Of a DNA stretch of 64,000 nt, positions 58,105 through 64,000 are shown in pieces. This DNA is from Octopus vulgaris (taxonomy: Eukaryota), in NCBI GenBank assembly GCA_951406725.2, contig OX597833.1, positions 2,604,001 through 2,668,000 on the forward strand. The letters are read 5' to 3'. A model generated the notes under the pieces. That model was not told the origin of the DNA, made no database searches, and saw only the letters and a list, made by a program, of their open reading frames with translations. Both the position numbers and the translations under genes were made by a program. Positions within the stretch are counted from its first letter, which is position 1. Every line of letters begins with the position of its first letter.

Positions 58105-58480
58105 TTCAAATTTCGGCACTAGGCCAGCAATATCGGGGGAGGGAGTAAGTCGATTACATCGACTCCAATGCTCAGTCGGAATATATTTCATCGACCTCGA
58201 AAGGATGAAAAGTAAAGTCAACCTCGGCAGAATTTGAACTCAGAACGTAAAGATAGATGAAATACCTATTTCTTTACTACCCACAAGGGGCTAAACACAG
58301 AGTGGACAAACAAAGACAGACAAACGGTGCGTAACTGGTTCTTAATTTATCGAATCGACCTCCAAAGGGATGAATGGCAAAGTCGGCCTTGTGGAATTTG
58401 AACTCAGAACGTATAGGGTGACGAAACGCCGACAAGTATTTTGCAAGGCGTGCTAACGATTCCGCCTGCTCGCTGCCTTA
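58105..58480 (-). mobile_element. SINE family C with duplicated core
   Basis: Same architecture as 23365-23766. Confidence 0.78.
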
Positions 58481-58489
58481 ATGGCATAA

Positions 58490-58808
58490 AAACGATAAAC
58501 GACGCCCTTTTCAAGCCTAGCCAGGTTCATGGGCCCGGTTTCCCGGTTTCTGAGGCGTATGTGTTTCCTCCAGCTGGACGGGACACCCGTCCATCGCAGC
58601 GTTTCTCAAGAAACAGGAGGAAAGAGCGAAGGAAAGTTGTGACGAAAGAGTTCAACAGGGGTCGCCACCACCCCCTGCCGGAGCCTCGTGGAGCTTTTTA
58701 GGTGTTTCCGCTCAATAAACACTCACACACAACGCCCGGTCTGGGAATCGAAACCGCAATCCTCCGACCGCGAGTCCGCTGCCCTAACCACTGGGCCATT
58801 GCGCCTCC
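58490..58808 (-). mobile_element. SINE with family-B head and an alternative 3' half
   Basis: 58610-58808 matches the B head; 58490-58610 does not match the B tail. Confidence 0.75.
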
Positions 58809-58954
58809 ACCTTTAATGGTATACCTAATATTATATTTTTTAAAAAAAGAGCAAATACTGACGTGACAACAGAATGCATTTGAACATGGATCTGCTGGAT
58901 CAGATTTGGGCTTAAACTACAACAACAACAACAGTAGTAGCAGTAGTAGTTGTT

Positions 58955-59003
<49 letters not shown>

Positions 59004-59977
59004 CCGCAGCAGCAACCAGTCAGTTTGTAATTGCAGTAGACTAAATAATTAATTGTTTCACATCCTGCACACGCTACGATGGATCTTCCATTAGTTTGCT
59101 TCAACGATTAGTGGCGGTGGTAGTGGTGGTGGTAGTGGTGGTGGTGGTGATGGTGGTGGTTGTGGTGGTGGTGGTGGTGCTGTAGATAGTGGTGATGATG
59201 GAAGTGGTGGTGGTGGTGGTGGCGGTGGTAAGAGCAGCAGCTTTGATGATGATGGTGGTGGTAGTGGTGGAGGTGATAGTAGAGGTGGTGGTGGTGGTGG
59301 TGGTGGTGGTGGTGGTGGTGGTGGTGGTGGTGGTGGTGGTGGTGGTGATGGTGGTAGTGGTGGAGGTGGAGGTGGAGGTGATGGTAGTGGTGATGGTATT
59401 AGTGGCGGTGGTGGCGGTGGTGGCGGTGGTGGTGGTGGTGGTGGTGGTGGTTGTGGTGGTGGTGGTGGCGGTGAGGTAATACAGATTTGATGGACAGAAG
59501 ATCGTGGTGATGTCGTGGTTAGATGATAATAGAGAGCTTGATGATCGTGATGATGATGCTGGTGATGATCGTGATGATGCTGCTGGTGATGCTGGTGGTG
59601 ATGGTGTTGTTGTTGGTGGTGGTGGTGGTGGTGGTGGTGGCGGTGGTGGTCAAGTTATAATGTGGTCAACGCGTTGAAGACGCTCTTGCACTTTGTATAT
59701 AGCCTAATCCACTTACTAATGCCTGATAAACACGATACGGTAGTTATGGCCGTATAATTTATCGCTGAACCAGTTTACCGGAAAAGCTGCCGTATAGACG
59801 ATGTCCGGTTTCTAGGCTGACCAACTGACTGACCGGAACTATATAATTTGAAGTAGTTAGTGTTGTAGGAAGTGAGAGTCGAGTCTGTTCAAAAGCTCAT
59901 CTCGCGATTGTAGAGGTTCTAGGATCGGATTTCTCTGAGTATTAGCGTGTTATAAGATATTTGATACCAGAGAGGGG

Positions 59978-60493
59978 CCGATGTTTTGGGTTGCCGATGT
60001 TTTGGGTTGCCGATGTTTTGGGTTGCCGATGTTTGGGGTTGCCGATGTTTTGGGTTGCCGATGTTTGGGGTTGCTGATGTTTTGGGTTGCCGATGTTTTG
60101 GGTTGCCGATGTTTTGGGTTGCCGATGTTTTGGGTTACCGATGTCCTGGGTTGCCGATGTTCTGGGTTGCCGATGTTTTGGGTTGCCGATGCTTTGAGTT
60201 GCCGATGTTTTGGGTTGCCGATGTTTTGGGTTGCCGATGTTTTGGGTTACCGATGTCCTGGGTTGCCGATGCTCTGGGTTGCCGATGTTTTGGGTTGCCG
60301 ATGCTTTGAGTTGCCGATGTTTTGGGTTGCCGATGTTTTGGGTTGCCGGTGTTTTGGGTTACCGATGTCCTGGGTTGCCGATGTTCTGGGTTGCCGATGT
60401 TTTGAGTTGCCGATGCTTTAAGTTGCCGATGTTTTGGGTTGCCGATGTTTTGGGTTGCCGGTGTCTTGGGTTGCCGATATCCTGGGTTGCCGA
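59978..60493. repeat. 16-bp minisatellite (ttgccgatgttttggg) with 112-bp higher-order repeat
   Basis: The variant ttaccgatgtcctggg recurs at 60135, 60247 and 60359. Confidence 0.92.
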
Positions 60494-61254
60494 CGTTGTT
60501 TAGCTCCACATAAGAGTAGATGGAGATTTGTGAGCAACCTACTAGCGATTATGGGGTCCAGGGTTCGGATTTCTCTCTGTGCATTACTGCATTTTGTCAA
60601 TATATTTTATAGAAGAAAGGGGCCAAAGTGTTTATAGTTGGTGATGTTTAACCAAGGTGAGATCTTCAGCCTGGGCCAAATTCTTCTATCATACGATTCG
60701 AGTCGACCAATGCCTTGCAAATGAAATTGGTAGAGAGAGCCCGATGCTATTAAAATTCCTCTTCTAAATAGTCGCACACATAGCTGTGTGGCAAGAAGCT
60801 TGCTTCCCGGAGGGAGGAGCCCATGCCCTGGACAGGGGACGAGGAGTGGCTTTCGCAGGTGACTACGAAGACTCAAAGGACATGTTTAGATACGCCTTGA
60901 GGGGCCCCGACCTAGAGCTGGCGCATTGCCTAAGGGAAGTGTAAGCCAGGTCTGGGAGGAGGGGCTTTGTGTATTGTATTTATATTTATTATACGTAATT
61001 ATTGAACTATGTTGTTGTTTGTAATGGACTGTTAAGTCCAAAAATTGAAAAGTTGTAAAAGTTGTAAGAGGTTTAATACCTCGTTTTGTGTTTGGTTTTA
61101 AAGAACAATGTTTTAGAGAAGCAGAAGTCGGCGGGCGCTTTTTGTCATCTCCCATCATCTTTCTTTCATTATCATTCATTTCATTAATGTCCTCGTCCAG
61201 ACCGCAAAGCTACTTTACTCTATGTACTGCCTTTATGGCAAATGTAATGAAATA

Positions 61255-62216
61255 AAGAAGCTTGCTTCCCAACCACGTGGTTCCGGGGTCAGTCCCACTG
61301 CGTGGCAACTTGGGCAAATGTATTCTACTATAGCCTCGGACTAACCAGAGCCTTGTGAGTGAATTTGGTAAATGGAAACAGAAAGAAGCCCGTCATATAC
61401 GTATACGAGTGTGTGTGAATGTGAATGTTTGCGAGTGTGTGTTTTTGTGTTTTTGTTCACCCTTCCCCTCCCCGCAATTGATAACCGGTGTTGTTGTGTT
61501 CCCATCCCCGTAAGCTAGCGGTTTAGCAAAAGAGACAGATAGAATATGTACCAGGTTTAAAAGAAAGAAGTAGTGAGATCGATTCATTCGACTACAAAAA
61601 CTTCTGAAATGCGGTGCCCCAGCATGGCCGCAGTCAAATAACTAAAAGAAGTAAAAGAAAAAAGAAGATAAATATCATACCTTCTAAAAGTCAGTTCACG
61701 GTTTCAAATACCATGGAAAATAAAAGAGGGCGGAAAAGAGAGAGCAAAAATAGAGATACAATGAGAGTAAACATAAAGGGTCCGTATGATGTGTATGCTA
61801 TGATTTGCTGAGAAATTTCACATTTTGAAATGAAATTTTGTAGAGATAGGCTTTCGATAGAATAGCTCATGATTATCTTTTATCTTTTATTTGCGGCCAT
61901 ACTGTGGCACTACCTTGAAGAATTGTTAGTTGAATGAATCGACTCTAGTACTTATTGCCTTTAAGCTCGGTGGCTATTTTATCGAATCAGTCACCTTTTA
62001 CCGAACTGCTAAGTTACATAGACGTAAACGCAACAACTTCGGTTCTCAAGTAGTGGTGGTGGTGGTGGTCGTCGTCGTCGTGGCGGTGGTGGTGGTGGTG
62101 GTGGTGGTGGTGGTGGTGGCGATGGTAGTAGCACACACAAATATATATATGTATGTGTGCCACGACACACAAATATATATATACACAAATATATATATAC
62201 ACAAATATATACCGAT

Positions 62217-62247
<31 letters not shown>

Positions 62248-62478
62248 CACATATATATATATATACACACACAAATATATACATACACACACACACACAC
62301 ACACGTATATATATGCGACAGGCTTCTTTCAGTTTCCGTTTACCGAGTCCACTAACAAGGCTTTGGTCGGCTCGAATCTATATTAGAAGACACTTGGCCA
62401 AGGTGCCACGCAGTTGGACTGAACACGGAACGACAAGATTGGGAAGCAAGCTTCTTACCACACAACTTCGTATGCGGT
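61255..62478. mobile_element. Two old SINE family A copies tail-to-tail (61255-61665 +, 61875-62478 -)
   Basis: Diverged but colinear with family A. Confidence 0.75.
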
Positions 62479-62819
62479 TGATAAAATTTATAAAAAAAAA
62501 ACAATAACGTACATTTATTGCAAATATGCAAATGAAAAGTTGCTTAATGTAATTTAAAGTTAATAAAAATTTCTGTGTTGCAAATGAATATTGATGTCGT
62601 CATTTTCTCTAAGCACCAAGAAATGAGTTGAAACGCAAAATATAATTATTTTAAGTCTGCCATATTTTTTGATATTCAGCATGATAGCAAGCTTACTTAT
62701 TACACAACTCACCCAGACACATGACGATTAAAACTAGTATATATATATATAGTCACCAAATCTAGTATATATATACAGTCACAAAAACTAGTATATATAA
62801 ATATAGTTACAAAAACAAG

Positions 62820-62876
<57 letters not shown>

Positions 62877-62924
62877 ACCAAAACTAATAATAAATAACGT
62901 CATATAACAGGTAATGAAAACTGT

Positions 62925-63468
62925 TACACACACATACATACACATATACATACATACATACATACATACATACACACACAAATACATACATACATACACA
63001 CATACATACATACATACATACATACACACATACATACACACATACATACACACATACGTACACACATACATACATACATACATACATTCATACATACATA
63101 CATACATACATACATGCATACACACATACATACATACATACACACATACATACATACATACACACATACATACATACATACACACATACATACATACATA
63201 CATACATACACACATACATACACACACACACATACATACATACATACATACATACACACATACACACATACATACATACACACACACACATACATACATA
63301 CACACATACATACATACACACATACACACATACATACATACACACATACATACATACATACATACATACATACATACATAATACATACATTCATACATAT
63401 ATACATACATACATAATACATACATACATACATACATACATACATACATACATACATACATACATACA
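62925..63468. repeat. (TACA)n/(CA)n microsatellite
   Basis: Direct reading. Confidence 0.95.
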
Positions 63469-64000
63469 TTGTTTTATTCACGAAAATTCTCGAGGATCTC
63501 CGCGAACTAAAGGAAACTGTTTTCCAGATTTGAGGCGAAAACCCTTTTCCCTGTGATCGGCTTGAAAATTTTTTTAAGACACTAGGATGTTTTCCTGCTT
63601 TTCTTAACATGAAACCAATGGTAGCCTTAACATGAAACCAATGGTAGCCACAAATAAAGAAATTATATCCACCAATGTGGCGTTGAGCACTCATTTTCAT
63701 CGTTCGACATTTACGTATGTATATGTGTATGTGTTTGTGTGAGTGTGTTAAATTAAAATTATTGCAATTAATCTATTATTCTTTTAACGGTTTTTAATAT
63801 TTGTAGGACTGTGGCCATGCTGGAGTACAGCCTTTATTTATTTTCTTTCACATCCTGATAATAACCAAGTTAGTGACAGAATATTTCCAAATCAACCCGT
63901 CATATGATGGTCAACACTCCAGTCGTTACATAACCTGGTGGAATAGTTCAAACAGCCATGATTTAATATCATATTCTTCAGGCCATGAAACGCAGCGAAA

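Noticed and set aside
59978-60493. CRISPR-like appearance of short regular repeats (also 16921-17190 and 45067-46050)
   Set aside because: The units are contiguous with no unique spacers, there are no cas genes and the context is eukaryotic.
63603-63648. 23-bp direct duplication cttaacatgaaaccaatggtagc
   Set aside because: Simple local duplication with no associated element or function evident.

Overview
Repeat-dense, AT-rich eukaryotic genomic DNA. The SINE families and microsatellite load look like a coleoid cephalopod (Octopus; inference). The only host protein-coding sequence I can support is the last three coding exons (+ strand; 1913-2056, 4030-4184, 9681-9876) of a soluble guanylate cyclase alpha subunit; the first two exons are absent from the ORF track. 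The rest is microsatellites, at least four tRNA-derived SINE families and decayed transposons: mariner, maT, piggyBac-like, Helitron, Gypsy, CR1, RTE and R4/Dong. The most interesting signal is about ten minimal type-I hammerhead-ribozyme motifs in several short, microsatellite-embedded Penelope-like element families. One family fuses a tRNA-derived Pol III head to a hammerhead tail and sits as a head-to-head pair (15580-16222). Other observations include an in-frame 216-bp tandem multimer of an RTE ORF2 C-terminus, a visible SINE-LINE shared tail, a TSD-flanked SINE dimer and weak candidate exons of an unidentified minus-strand transcript. All alignments and RNA folds were done by eye; nothing was searched or computed.
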